Counted from the whole stretch's first letter, positions 44,479-57,509 are shown. The stretch is DNA of 62,155 nt, filler included, from Globobulimina sp. (GCA_003354225.1; 21 parts of 21 records of this genome joined end to end with filler, not necessarily neighbours in it), one strand, 5' to 3'. The notes: generated from the sequence alone by a model not told the origin. Numbers and translations: made by a program.

Positions 44479-46302
44479 GATTTGGAACAATGCGAGCAAA
44501 TGAAGCAAATGTTTACATTTGTTTGGAGATATAAATGGATATTCTTCATTCTTTTGGTGGCCACAATGGGCCATGTTATCACAAGGATGTTGTTTCCCAT
44601 TGTTATCGGGTTTGCTATCACCACATTAACCGCACATAAAGACAAAGAAATGGCGATATCCGATGTAATAATGAGCTTTTTATGTGATCATTCAATATTA
44701 AATTGTTCAAAGAAACTTGATTTATTAAACACAACGGTTTATTTAATGATTTATGTAAATATCGGACAAACAATATTTAATTTCGTACGTGGTTATTATG
44801 GCAAATTATTATCATTACAAATATCATCAAACATTGCAAATAAGTTATTCCATAACATACTATGTAATGATTTGTCATTTTTCGAATGTGATGAAAATGG
44901 GAAATCAGGCATTTTATTAAATAGATTGGGTGCAGATTGCAGTAAATTTGCCAGTTTTTGCAGTGATTTTATTCCTGGAATTATGGATAATATATTTGGA
45001 ATAACATTTGGTTTATTTTATGTTTTTTATGTTTCATTGCATCTGACATTAATAATGTTATTCTTTGTTCTCATTTCATCCATATCGTCAAGATATTTTT
45101 CAAATTATTTCGCCGCATTGGCCTCCCGCTTACAAACTATATCAGCAAATTGCACAAATATTGCAACGGAGTCAATACAAAATATAAAAACAATTAAATC
45201 ATTTTCAAGCGAATCACAACAGGAATTATTATATGCAAAAGAAATAAGTAAAAGATATGTTTCAGCCACAAATATTTCATTTTACAGAGCAATCTGTGAA
45301 GGAATTGTGACCGTTTTAACATTTATATCGATTGGTTGTGTCATATTGTATGCATCGCAAATGTATTTGCATAAACACATCAATTCCGGAGATATGGTAT
45401 CTTTTATAATTTCCAGTATTCAAATCTCCAAATTTATGCAAAGAGTGCTTGGCAAATATGGTGATTTAATGACTTGTTTGGGCGCAACAAAGAGAATATT
45501 CATTCTAATGAATAAAGAAAGAAATATTTCAGCAATTGGTGGAGGTGGAGATATAGAAAGAAATGAGGAATTTAGAGGGAAAATAGAATTTAAAAACGTT
45601 TGTTTTTGTTATCCAGACAGAAACATACAAATTGTAAATAATTTATCCTTTTGCATAAACGGAGGGGAAATGATTGGCATTGTTGGCGAATCGGGCTGCG
45701 GCAAATCGACGATCATAAATTTATTAATGCGATTTTATGATCCAAGCTCAGGGAATATATTTATTGATGATATTAATTTAAAATCTTATAATTTAATCAA
45801 ATTACATCGGAATAATATTGGTTACGTCATAAAATGGAACATTTGCTATGGAGCAGATATTAATGACCAACAAATGATTGCGGCAGCAAAAAAAGCAGAA
45901 TGTTATTCATTTATAATGCAATTAAAAAACGGATTTGATACAATTTGCGGCGAACGAGGTAGTCTGCAATCTGGCGGACAAAAACAACGAATCGCCATTG
46001 CGAGAGCCATTTATAATAATCCACACATTCTCATTTTTGATGAAGCATCGTCGGCATTGGATGCTAAAAATGAACATGTGATATACTCAAATTTCTTGTG
46101 TAATAATGACAACCAGAATGAAAATAAAAAAAAAACAATTATTATTATTGCCCATAGACTGAGTACAATTAAGAATTGTGATAAAATATTTGTTATTAAA
46201 AATAACAACATGGTACAAAATGGTACACACAAACAACTGAAAGAAATTAAGGATGGAGAATATTTTAAATTGCTACAAAAACAAATGTTTACTGTTTTGT
46301 AA
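44479..46302 (+). CDS. ABC transporter subfamily B half-transporter with a degenerate nucleotide-binding domain
   Basis: TM domain, Walker A GESGCGKST, signature QSGGQKQR, Walker B ILIFDEASSALD and IAHRLST. The Q-loop segment is missing (IGYV-IKWNI). Confidence 0.9.
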   Translation, partial: DLEQCEQMKQMFTFVWRYKWIFFILLVATMGHVITRMLFPIVIGFAITTLTAHKDKEMAISDVIMSFLCDHSILNCSKKLDLLNTTVYLMIYVNIGQTIFNFVRGYYGKLLSLQISSNIANKLFHNILCNDLSFFECDENGKSGILLNRLGADCSKFASFCSDFIPGIMDNIFGITFGLFYVFYVSLHLTLIMLFFVLISSISSRYFSNYFAALASRLQTISANCTNIATESIQNIKTIKSFSSESQQELLYAKEISKRYVSATNISFYRAICEGIVTVLTFISIGCVILYASQMYLHKHINSGDMVSFIISSIQISKFMQRVLGKYGDLMTCLGATKRIFILMNKERNISAIGGGGDIERNEEFRGKIEFKNVCFCYPDRNIQIVNNLSFCINGGEMIGIVGESGCGKSTIINLLMRFYDPSSGNIFIDDINLKSYNLIKLHRNNIGYVIKWNICYGADINDQQMIAAAKKAECYSFIMQLKNGFDTICGERGSLQSGGQKQRIAIARAIYNNPHILIFDEASSALDAKNEHVIYSNFLCNNDNQNENKKKTIIIIAHRLSTIKNCDKIFVIKNNNMVQNGTHKQLKEIKDGEYFKLLQKQMFTVL

Positions 46303-46467
46303 ATTTATTTAACTTCCAGCACAATTGGAAAGTCAGAAAATGATCAGATGGAAATATAGTCGAATTGCTTGTTTCTTTTGATTGAGTGACAATATATGCA
46401 TCCAACAATTCAATGTCATCATTTCTTACTAGCTAGTTTTTTACAGATTTGTAACTGTGGAAAGTCA

Positions 46468-47341
46468 ATGACGCAACTTTCTTTGACAATAATTGAAGCG
46501 CATGAAATCATTAAAGAAGGATGGGTGCAAAAGAAACGTAAATTATCTATGACAGCAATGGTTTTATGGAGGCCACGATGGCTTGTTTTGACCTTATCCC
46601 ATTTATACACATTCAAGAAAGAAAAGGTAGTCAATATTCTCACTCTTTAAACTATTTATCATGTTCCATCCTGAAAGGAATATTCCGAGCCTTCGCAAGC
46701 AATCCAACTCTCAATTATTAAATCCATCGCCACGGATGAAGAGAAGAACATTCTTTGCCTCCAAACTGACCAATACTTCCATACTTATTTGAAATTTGAT
46801 GCATTGTCAGAAATGGAGAAATGGGTGAATATAATTGCCGGCTATATTAATATTATCAGAGTACCCGTCGTTGTGGACTGTGAAGAAAATAAGGAATATT
46901 CGTGTGACTTGGAAATAGCAGTACCTTTCCATGAACATCATACACATAAAATTAGCCAAATCATTGTTGATATTGTCCAACATGTACAACGGCAGCATAA
47001 TCCCATCAAATTCAATGCAACCAAAATTGGACGCAAATCCTTTATAGGAAAGGATCTCTATCATAACAACAACAATTTTAACTATTATGATGGTAATATT
47101 ATAGATTATGATCTACAAAATATTACAACAAATGGCCTCTATGTATCTATCAGTATCGCCAATAATCGATGCAAATATATGTCAAACAACAACAGTTTGT
47201 GTTCCATTTATGTCGAAATGAGAGATGAAAACATTTACAGTGAAGAGAGTTTCCTCCATTTATTGGACTATACCCACTTTGAAAACGAATTTATGCATAA
47301 ACCAGAATGTAAAGACGGTGAAGAGTGTGAGTCATATAATC
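46468..47341 (+). CDS. PH-domain protein, 3' partial
   Basis: IKEGWVQKK...WRPRWLVLT..HLYTFK joins ...EMEKWVNII through an intron at 46627-46677. Confidence 0.85.
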
Positions 47342-47442
47342 NNNNNNNNNNNNNNNNNNNNNNNNNNNNNNNNNNNNNNNNNNNNTTAATTAATTAANNN
47401 NNNNNNNNNNNNNNNNNNNNNNNNNNNNNNNNNNNNNNNNNG

Positions 47443-48365
47443 GAGTTCAATATCAGATTATGCGGCCCTACCTCCACGAGTATGTGTGTTGAAGTTGCTG
47501 AACGAATCAGCACAGATACTGGTATTATTATTCAGTTGAATAATTATGGATATGAGTCTTGTTGCGAATTGCGCTCATTTGATTGCTCTTGGATCAGTGC
47601 GTTTGGTGGTGAGGTGTGTGTTGTGTGGAATAAATATATTATTTGAAAACATAAAAACTTTGAAAATACAAAAAGGATGAACGATTATTTATGGGCAGTC
47701 ATTATTGTATTAAAATTCAAAATATAACAAGACTTATTCCCTTCAAAGATTATAAAAGGTTCTGTCTGCCCTTATTTTACTTTGACTGTTGTGTTAAGGG
47801 CATGGCTTTAGAAAAGGGGGTCAAATTCACTTCGAAACATTATGATAGATTTGATAATTTGTGTAAATATATTTTGAACCCATCATTCACACAAATGGAA
47901 CAGCCTCAATATATTCATGATACTTTTGAGTGTTTTTGTAAGCATAAACAAAGTGCTGTGTTCAATTTGGAAACATTAAATAATGCATTAAAAGATTTAA
48001 AAGATTTGATATTGGGAGAGGGCAATGTATTGAAACCAATCGTCTTTGAATTATTTCCGAATTGCAAAGACATAATCATTTACACCACTGATTCATATGG
48101 ACAGAGAGAGTTTCTATCCATGATCTCGTCGTCAAAGGCTAAGATAACAGTAACCATCATTGGAAAATGGGATTATTTCGATCAGAATAAATGTAGTTGG
48201 ATTTGGAATGAATTGACCTCATCCATACAGGAACAGTTTGAAGAGCAAGGATACACTGCCGAGTTGATTCAAAAGCAGGAAGGTCGGTATACTGATAACT
48301 TGAAAAAAGAAGACCATTTGATCGTGAAACAAATATCTAAAAAAGTTTGGCAGAATGCTGTGTAA
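47443..48365 (+). CDS. ADP-ribosyltransferase-like (R-S-E clade) domain protein, 5' partial
   Basis: Exon 1 GPTSTS...GIIIQL...FDCSWISAFGGE splices (intron 47614-47675) to DERLFMG, giving STS and ExE motifs. Confidence 0.6.
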
Positions 48366-49009
48366 ATTTTTGTGGTGTTAATAGGAGAAATACTTTTTTT
48401 TTCTTTGAAAATCTTCAAACTATAAAAGTACTTTGAAAATTTAAATAAACTCAAAAGTTGGGTATCTTCACAAGGACAAACACTGAAACAACACCAAAGA
48501 TTTGATATTTTGACTCTGGCTGGTTCTGGATTGTGACAATCCGAAGTTTTCTACACTTTGCTTCACCATGGATTGTGACAATCCATAAAACTTGGATCCG
48601 GAGCCAAATTATCAAAACTTTGCTTAATGATGTTGGTTTTGTTTTGTTTTGTTTGTTTTTGGCATTGTGATTGCCTTGTTTGGTTTGTGTCGAATGTTGC
48701 AGGTATCTCTTCAAGTGTTTGTGCATTTTTTGTAAAAAAAATTATGCTATTGTAGAGGAGGGAGTAAGAGTGGGTTGAAGCTTGATGAAAGTTACCTAAA
48801 ATTTCCTTAGTCTCGATCCTCTACTAGAAAACACGAGTTTACATAAATGGAAACACGGTAATTTTCACCAAACATGGGTGAAACAAACTATTGTTTTAAG
48901 CTCAATAAACGATGATCAAAAGCTCAATATATCAAGTGTAGTTTTTCAGACAACGTTTTACTATGTCTACAGTGCGGTGGCCGGATATGGATCTGTAAAT
49001 AGTTTTTGA

Positions 49010-49428
49010 GGTTTTCGGATTCTCAGATCATTTCTGATTTTTGGATGATTTTTGAAATTTTTTGAGTTTGTACATGTTTTCATATTGTTTTGAGTCAAAG
49101 GACAGAAATTTTTGTCATAACACCTATACAAATCCTTAAGTAAATTCTTTTAGGATCTCGAAATTTGAGATTTTCTTATTTTCAGATGATTTTCAGATTT
49201 TTGGATGATTTTTGGATTTTTCGAGTTTGTGCATGTTTTGAGTGGAAGGATAGAAATTTTTGTCATAACTCCTATACAAATCCTTAAGTAAATTCCTTTC
49301 GGATCTCGAAATTTTCGGATTTTCTGAGTAAATTGATTTTTAGATGATTTTCGGATTTTCGAGTTTGTACATGTTTTGAGTGCAAGGATAGAAGTTTTTG
49401 TCATAACTCCTATACAAATCCTTAAGTA
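49010..49428. repeat. Tandem repeat of about 140-150 bp, three copies
   Basis: CCTATACAAATCCTTAAGTA recurs at 49123, 49271 and 49409, each with similar GATTTT-rich upstream sequence. Confidence 0.9.
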
Positions 49429-49658
49429 TACTGTGATATGCAAAGTTTCGATAATTTGAATCCTATTGAATCTGTGTATCCAGTACCCGCTGAGTCTAAA
49501 GAGTTTTCTACCACTGGGTACCCATGGGTACCCAATCTGGAGTCAAATAATAGAAACTTTGGTGATATGTTGAGTAGGTTCAATGCAGTTGCCATTTGAG
49601 CGAATTGTTTTGGTTGGTTTTTTAAATACTATTAATATTGGAAGTCTGACATGCAGGC

Positions 49659-50304
49659 GTGTTTCACTTATTATTCAAAAACACTTTTCTTCACTTTTGT
49701 AAACAAATAGAAATAACAAAAGACGACAATATAATAAAAGTTGACTCCTTTGATCATTTCCAAAGCCCTAAAAAAATACGACCAATAATAATACAGAAGC
49801 AACACGAAGATACAATTAAAACATTCCATGATTTACATCCGTTCAACACAATAGATTATACGAGATCCGATTATAAATCCTTTCACACTTTTAAAAATAA
49901 TAATGATTTTGTAAAAGATATAATATAACTCTTTTACAATTTCAATAAAAAAGGAACGAAATGTAATGTTTGTTATAAAAATACATATAAACCAGTTGAA
50001 TATCATTTAATAACCGAGTGCAAAACAATGTACAAGTTCAGACAAAATTATTGGAGCAAGGGTTGCAATGTACACCAACAACTCTTCTGTCAGTATTTAA
50101 TAATGATTTGCAAAGATATAAATTGTTATAAATCCGGTTTTTGGAAATTAATCTGTGGTGCAAATAGATACAACAAAAAAAAACAAATTCCGGAATATAA
50201 AAGAATTAAATTCGATATTAATCTAAAAAGATACACTCTTTATAGAGCCTTTATTGCACACACTGTTCGTTGGATTCATCTTGTATACAGATTACAAAAG
50301 AGAG
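49659..50304 (+). pseudogene. Degraded C-terminal region of a non-LTR retrotransposon ORF2 (CCHC motif)
   Basis: Two same-frame ORFs are split by a TAA at 49926. KCNVCYKNTYKPVEYHLITEC..MYKFR resembles the C-terminal zinc motif of LINE ORF2. Confidence 0.5.
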
Positions 50305-50404
50305 NNNNNNNNNNNNNNNNNNNNNNNNNNNNNNNNNNNNNNNNNNNNTTAATTAATTAANNNNNNNNNNNNNNNNNNNNNNNNNNNNNNNNNNNNNNNN
50401 NNNN

Positions 50405-52042
50405 CCATATTATTCTCGTTTTCTGTATCAATTTGCATCCTCGATACCATGCTGTCAATCTCTACATTTCTGTCCACGAACACTGCGGGAATCGAGGTGG
50501 CGGCAATCCTATTTTGATGTTTTTGATTGATTGTTATCCCATTCGTATGCAACTCGATCAAATTATTTCCATTTTCTTTCAATTGGTTGCAAAACATGGG
50601 CGCAATGATAGTATTTGAGGAATATTTGGGAGGAATGAATAATTTCTTATATTTGGATAATGGCGATAATGAGTCGGATAATGACTTCTTTTTAGCACTG
50701 GTTTTGACCCAATTATCGATGAAACTTTTTCTTTTTTTCTGTTTATTTCGGTCTAAATTCGGTGTTTTGTTGCTATTATTTTCCTTTTCTTTTTCCAATC
50801 TCTCTTTTTCTAATTTTTCTTTCCGTTGTTTTTCTTTTAAGTGTAGCTTCTCCGCTTTTTCTTTTTTCTTTTTTTCCGCTTTCTCTCTGCGTAATATCTC
50901 CATCTCCGCCTTATCTTTTTTCTTTTTTTCTGCTTTCTCTCTGCGTAATTTTTCCATTTCCTCTCTTTTCTCTTTCTTCGCCGCTAACTCCTTTTCTTTT
51001 AATTCTTTTTTTCGTCGCAACGCCTCTTCCTTGCCTTGCCAGGCTATGATTACATCGTCGATTTTTTGTAACTCCCGCGACTTTTCATCCATTTTCAACG
51101 TCGCATTCCGGCACAAAATGTCATATTTCTTGCAAAAACTGCCATATTTAGTCATTATTAGACTGAAAGTCTTCTTTTTTTTATTGTCCATTTGATATTC
51201 GCTGGCGATATTATCCATATTCAAACACTCCCACTCATAAACTCTGCATTTATGCCATGGCGCATTCGAATTTGCAGCCGTTTTCTCTTCGTTTTTATGG
51301 ATGCTTTTGGAGATTGGTTTAATTCCATACAATTTCCTGTGCATTGATTTTAAAATAATTTCGCGAATATTTATCGCAGATTCACTCGATATATTTAAGG
51401 TATTTTTGATCGAAATTAATAAATCCGTCAAGGTATCATTTCGACCGTAGGATAAGGCGCAAATTAATGCGGTGTAATCATTGAAATTGATGTTTGTGGA
51501 ATTGGTTGTTTTTGATTTAAATGTTTCGATTTCGGTTTGTAATTCGGAGCATTCACAGAATAACTTATTTGATGTGGTTTCGTTGCTTAATAGTTTATAG
51601 TTTGAGGTTATAATATTTTTATATTGCTTGTATTTATCTTGCCACTTTTTTTGTTTTTGTGTGTTTTTTTGTGTTTTTGTTGGGTGAAATATATATTTTT
51701 TTTAACGTTTTGTGGCATTGGTTGGATTTTGAGTGATTTTTTCGGTGTTTTATTTGTAGTGGGTTTGGTTACTTTTCTTCGTTTAATTAAATTGGAGGAA
51801 TTGTTGTGGTTTTTATGATTGGTTTCGTGCTTCGTGGTATTATTTATATCAATCTCCATCTCGTCGCGTTTCCTTTTTTTCCTTCGTTTGGGTGCGTTAT
51901 CTGTGGTGAAGGGGTGGGATTGGATGGAAGTTGCATTTTTTTCTTTGTTTGTGTGGTCTGTGTCAATTTCCATTGAATTGTGGTTGTTTTTTGATTCTGA
52001 TGGTATTGAATTATTTGTATTAGGAGTTTCAGTTTGATTCAT
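50405..52042 (-). CDS. Probable chromatin assembly factor 1 large subunit (CHAF1A/Cac1)-like, 3' partial
   Basis: An intron at 51706-51645 joins the two ORFs. A long K/E/R helix is followed by the PIP-like KSFIDNWV and by YKKLFIP...IAP. Confidence 0.55.
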
Positions 52043-52431
52043 ATTTTTATTTAAATGCACCAGTTCATCCTATGCATAATGGATTTTACACTGAAAGCTC
52101 AACCATCTTTAAATGCAATTATGTACATACCACTTCCATATCTTTTACGGACTGTATAGGCTGCATGCTTCAAACAGGACAGTATTAGTATATGAAAAAA
52201 CAACTCTTCAAAAACAACAGTTGACACAGAATTAAAAGGAGATGGGTGCTTTTTGTTAGATTTTGTGAAAATATATGACCAAAAATAACAAGCACACAGC
52301 TCCAAAATTGCACAGCTCCTTATTAATAACATTAAATCTTTTGCAATGAAATTTATCTGAATATAAAATAATTACTTATATATGGAAAATATGATACGAG
52401 TTAAACAATCAAACAAAAATCTATCAAAAAA

Positions 52432-53267
52432 TTACAAAGGCTTCAACGCTAAGCTATTATCACAGTTACTCGATTTTGATTTTTTAGGATGATTATAACT
52501 TATTTGCTCCAATTTCCATCCATTGTCGGTGAACACAGATTGGAAATTATCAATAAATTCGGTGATTGAATCTTGAGGATTTACAATAACAATTTGTTTA
52601 AATATATGTTTTAATGTTGCTGATTCATTGATTATTTTAACGACAGATATTGTTTCCTTAATAAACACATCATTTAATGCAACAGATTTAAGCCATTCAC
52701 CTCTCTTCCTATTAAATATTGTGATTGTTTGCAATTTTCTTGTAAATATTTTTATAATTTTCGTGAAATTAACGGTATTTTCATCAATAAAAAATAATGG
52801 CTTAAATAATAAATAACCAAAATACGTTTTCTTTTTATCTGCTACATAATTCATCATATCCATATTTATTTGAATTTGATGAATATTATTCACAAAATTA
52901 GCAAAAAAAGTGTCAATATATGGTGGAATATTTGATAATGAGAAACCGGAAATATTATGAGATACAAAATTTAATATCAACATGGAGAGACACGATACAT
53001 CCACAGATTTAATTATACGGATTTTATATTTACTTCCGCGTAGCATTTGAGCCAACATACTCATTGGTTTAATAAAGGCATAATAATCTTGTTTGACTTT
53101 AATGTGATGAATGCTCAGAAATTTTAATGCTTGAAGTGTTCCAATGAAAAATCTCTCATTCTCTTCAGTATAATCGGACCAAAACTGACAATTCCATAAT
53201 TTATTCCCTTTATTACTATTCAAAATATCAATAACCATTCCACCTGTTTTAGCAAATGTAGCATGCG
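52432..53267 (-). CDS. ADP-ribosyltransferase-like family member, similar to 47443-48365, 5' partial
   Basis: ATFAKTGGMVIDI...WNCQFWSDYTEENERFFIG, with PPYIDTFF matching PQYIHDTF and a similar tail. Confidence 0.55.
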
Positions 53268-54403
53268 NNNNNNNNNNNNNNNNNNNNNNNNNNNNNNNNN
53301 NNNNNNNNNNNTTAATTAATTAANNNNNNNNNNNNNNNNNNNNNNNNNNNNNNNNNNNNNNNNNNNNTTATTTTCGATATTCGGAAACTTAAAAGAAATA
53401 ATTATTAATACTGGTTGGAGTGGTGTTGTTTTTGAATTTAATTTTTTTGTTTTATTATCAATTTTGGAGGAAGTGGAATTACCAAATTCATTTAAAACAA
53501 TAATAATTAAGGATGTGTTTTGCAAATGGTTATCAAGTGTATTTTCGTCAGAAATGAAACAAAAATTTGCTGCAAGAAATTTAGAAATTGAGTTAAAAAG
53601 AAAACAAGGATGGGATAAAAAAGAAGATTGGATTATAATTTCTGTATAACTTTTTTATATTTATTATGAATGAACCTCTGTTTGTATACAAAATACATTT
53701 ATTGCTAGATCTGTTTGCTGCGAATTGTTATTTTTAGCGCACTACCGATAATTATTGATTTCCACTATCAAAACTGTATTGTCATATTTGTTTTGTTTAC
53801 AAACAGAGGTGCATTGTCCGCATTTAATTGCGGAATTGTTTCGGTTTAATTTTTTGATTTTAAACAGAAAATGACACAAAACAGAAATAAAAAAAGAAAT
53901 ATTTTTATGACAACTGGTTAATAATACGATGTGAGAGCATGAGTATCCACCATACGCACCACATAAAATGTGCATTTCAGTGACTTCGATTATTATTTAG
54001 CCGGAATCAAACAAGAGAGCCACTGAAATAACATATATTATGATTGTTGTCGTAAAAATAATTATCGCACAGATTCAATCGATGAAATAACGTGATTGGT
54101 CATGAAAAATGTGTGTGTTTAGGCACAATAACTTGTTTTGTAAACTTTAATGTATGTTCCGTTAATGTTCGTGTACTTGTAATTTTATCACCAATTTCTG
54201 ATTATTGTTCATTGCAAATGTACAGTTTAAATATAAACAATGCAGTGCTATCCCATGAAAGTTGTTCGTATTTGCTGTTTGTGTATGATTGGACGAAACA
54301 ACGTTGCTGAATTTAATTTTTTGTTGCTCTGAGTTTTTAAGCAGGTTTTCATCTAAATCATCTAAAAAATATACAACTACAACTACAACCTGGCTCTTTG
54401 AGC

Positions 54404-55377
54404 ATGTTTGTGTTATTATTAACATTATTAACCATAACCAATGCTCTTATAAAAATCAGCGAGAATGAAACATACGAATTAACACCATTTGGTTACTGGT
54501 TATCTGATTGTATTCATCCAGTACCACCAGCAACCCATATAATTAATTATGAGCATCATTTTACTGTTAATAACAAAAAAATACCACGTTGCAAAACAGC
54601 GCATAATTATTCAGCAATCAAGCAACGAATTTATGAATTTACAAACAAGAATCTAAGTGACACAGGCAATGGTTGGCAAGTTTATGTTAAACAAGATATG
54701 GGTTCAGCGGTCACCGGATTTAATGGCAACTGGATTGTGCCCGCATTGCCAGTCAAAAAATCCACAGCAGAAGTATTATTTACATTTATTGCATTGCAAA
54801 ATATTGATTGGGTCCCACCTGAAAAAGATCCACAACGACCTTTTGATATTATTCAACCTGTATTGCAATATGGATTTGAGTCTGGCAAAGGAGGTAAACT
54901 ATATATATATACATGGAAATATATACAAACAGATCTAATATGTGTATGTCAGGTGGTCCATTTTGGGGCATTTCAAGTTGGTATGTCACGTTATCCAATG
55001 ATGTGATACAAAGCCCACTAATTATGGTGAATCCTGGTGATTTGATAAAGGGAATAATGCAAAAAATAGGCAATGACTCATGGTTTATTAATGCCATAGA
55101 TTTGTCATCGGGGAGGAATACATCATTTACTTTAAGCCGCTCAATATTACATAGTCAGCCATGGGTTTATGTCAGTTTTGAAGTCTATAATATTGAGAAT
55201 TGTGAGGAGGAATATCCGCCGCGAGGATCAAATATACCATTTACAAACTTAGTGTTGCAAAATAATTATATAAATACTACAATTGAGTGGACGCCGGGTA
55301 GAAATGGTCAAGATCCACCTCTTTGTGACGCAAAAATAATTGCAAATACTCCAACCTCTGTAACAATTACATTTTAA
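54404..55377 (+). CDS. Secreted glutamic-peptidase (G1/neprosin-like fold) family protein
   Basis: Signal peptide, TPFG..C pro-region, motifs FNGNWIVP, IIQPVLQYG, ISSWYV, VNPGD and VSFEVY; intron at 54894-54952. Confidence 0.6.
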
Positions 55378-55638
55378 TAAATAGTAATCACGAATCATAA
55401 GCTTTGTAATATTTAAATGTAACATCCTAAAGAAAAACGCTTTGAATCAACGATATATTCCAAAAGTTAACCCCGCCCATTGTATACATTCCATTCAGTT
55501 AACACAAAGCTATAGCAAACCGTTTCTGTAACTATAAAGCACAACTTATCGCTGCGGATTTTAAAAACAATGGGTTTCAAACAGGTCCTATTCTAAAGTA
55601 ATTGACGGTGATGAGACAAATATAAATACAAACAGTGG

Positions 55639-56230
55639 TCATGCGTTATCACCAATTAATATCATTCTTACTATTTCTCTGTCACTGTCAGATATCTTTT
55701 GATTATTTTCTTTACGTTTTATCTCATTAAGAAAACCAATATGCCATCCCATCCGCTTATAATCATTTACATGACAACTGGAATAAATGCGCATTGCTCT
55801 TTTCAATGACGGTTTTATTAATATATGCACTTGTGACAATTTAGTGCTTTGATTATGTTTTACAAATTGAAATATTGAATTATAAATAAAAGATTGTTTT
55901 AAAAACGTAAAATCTTTTTTTTCAGCGTTATATTCGATACATTTGATATTCGGAAATAATTTCATTAATAAATCAATTCTTACCCAATCATTATCATATT
56001 TAAATAATAATTCCCTAAACTTATTTTCTTTATTACCTCTATTTTGAAATGTAACCCATTCAATTTGTTGACAATGTTTATGCATTATATCTTTTATATA
56101 ATCAGGACAACTGTTAAATGCATGCGCATCTTTATGATGTGGATAATATAGATTTAATTCATGAGACAATAATCGAAATAACATTTGTTGCTCTTTTTTT
56201 GACTGAGCTGTATTTGCCATACAAGTCCAA
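55639..56230 (-). CDS. C-terminal fragment of the same expanded family as 47443 and 52432
   Basis: Shared elements CPDYIKDIM, LMKLFPNIKCI and YKRMGW. The ART motifs are not in view. Confidence 0.45.
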
Positions 56231-56514
56231 NNNNNNNNNNNNNNNNNNNNNNNNNNNNNNNNNNNNNNNNNNNNTTAATTAATTAANNNNNNNNNNNNNN
56301 NNNNNNNNNNNNNNNNNNNNNNNNNNNNNNACGTGTTGTATTCGTTTTAAATATTGTAAAATAGAGTGCCAGGCGTTGACTGAGTTTTTAAGTAAAAAAA
56401 AACAGTTTTTCATGATTTGCATACATTTTTCTTCAAAACTTTTGATACAAAAAAAATAAAAAAAAGGAAAGAAAAACAGTATATATAGGAACAATACGTA
56501 CGAATGTCAACATG

Positions 56515-57509
56515 TTACAATTCAACCTCAATCACTGCTTCTTGTGCCCGAGGATATCTTTTTTGTGATTGATTTATTGACCATTTGCAAAGACATATAT
56601 TTTTCACAAATGTAAATGAAACATTACAAATTAATAAAATAGCCATGCTCCAAAAACAAGTCACCAATGATGATTGGACATTATTTTTCCATTCCAAGTC
56701 AGTAAATAAATGTTGATCGTATTCACCATCCAAATCGACCACATTGCCTAAGATTTGTATCATATTCATTACAATCACAACAATCATAATTTGTAACGGC
56801 CATATAAATCCAGAATATTTTAACCTAAAACCGCTCATAAAAAAATCAATAAATGCTATCATTGGTATTATTACATAAGAAACAATGATTATACATCTCA
56901 TGGACGCAGACGAATCGTTTTCGAATACATTGCTTTCAAACTCATGCATCCAATACAACAGAGAGCCACACCATAAACCAACTAATTACAAAATATATAT
57001 AAACATATATTCGTCACATAATGTATGGAGACAAACATATGTAATGTACCTAAAGATATATACTGAAAAAATGCAACAGATTTGGATAAAACTCCAGATC
57101 TAATATGGTTAACAGTTTTTTTTGCATAAAATTTCTTATTTCTTGGCGCGTCATTGTCATCATCAGATTCTGTTAACTCAAATGGCGGTGCTGTTCGTAA
57201 GAAATATGGCAATGCATTATTTTGAACATAACGATATATGCGAAGTGTGATGATCAGCGACAGGATAAAATAAATGAGTAGGAATAAGAAATTTAAATAT
57301 TCGAAATAGGTAAACCACCAAACAAATCCATAGTCCATGGCATATAAAATAAAACAAATTAGATAGAGTATGCTGGTTAAAATTAGAAATGCAAATTTTG
57401 TGTAAAGCCAATTCATTGAGAATTCGTCTTCAAATGATATACTTCCTCCATATTGAACCAATGGTGGTACTTGTATCTCGTTCTCATGTTGTAAAAAACA
57501 CAGTGCCAT
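56515..57509 (-). CDS. Multi-pass membrane protein, rolling stone/FAR-17a/AIG1-like, two exons
   Basis: WFTYFEYLNF, LLYW and DLEW motifs, about six TM helices, and a GT-AG intron near 57049-56984. Confidence 0.6.
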
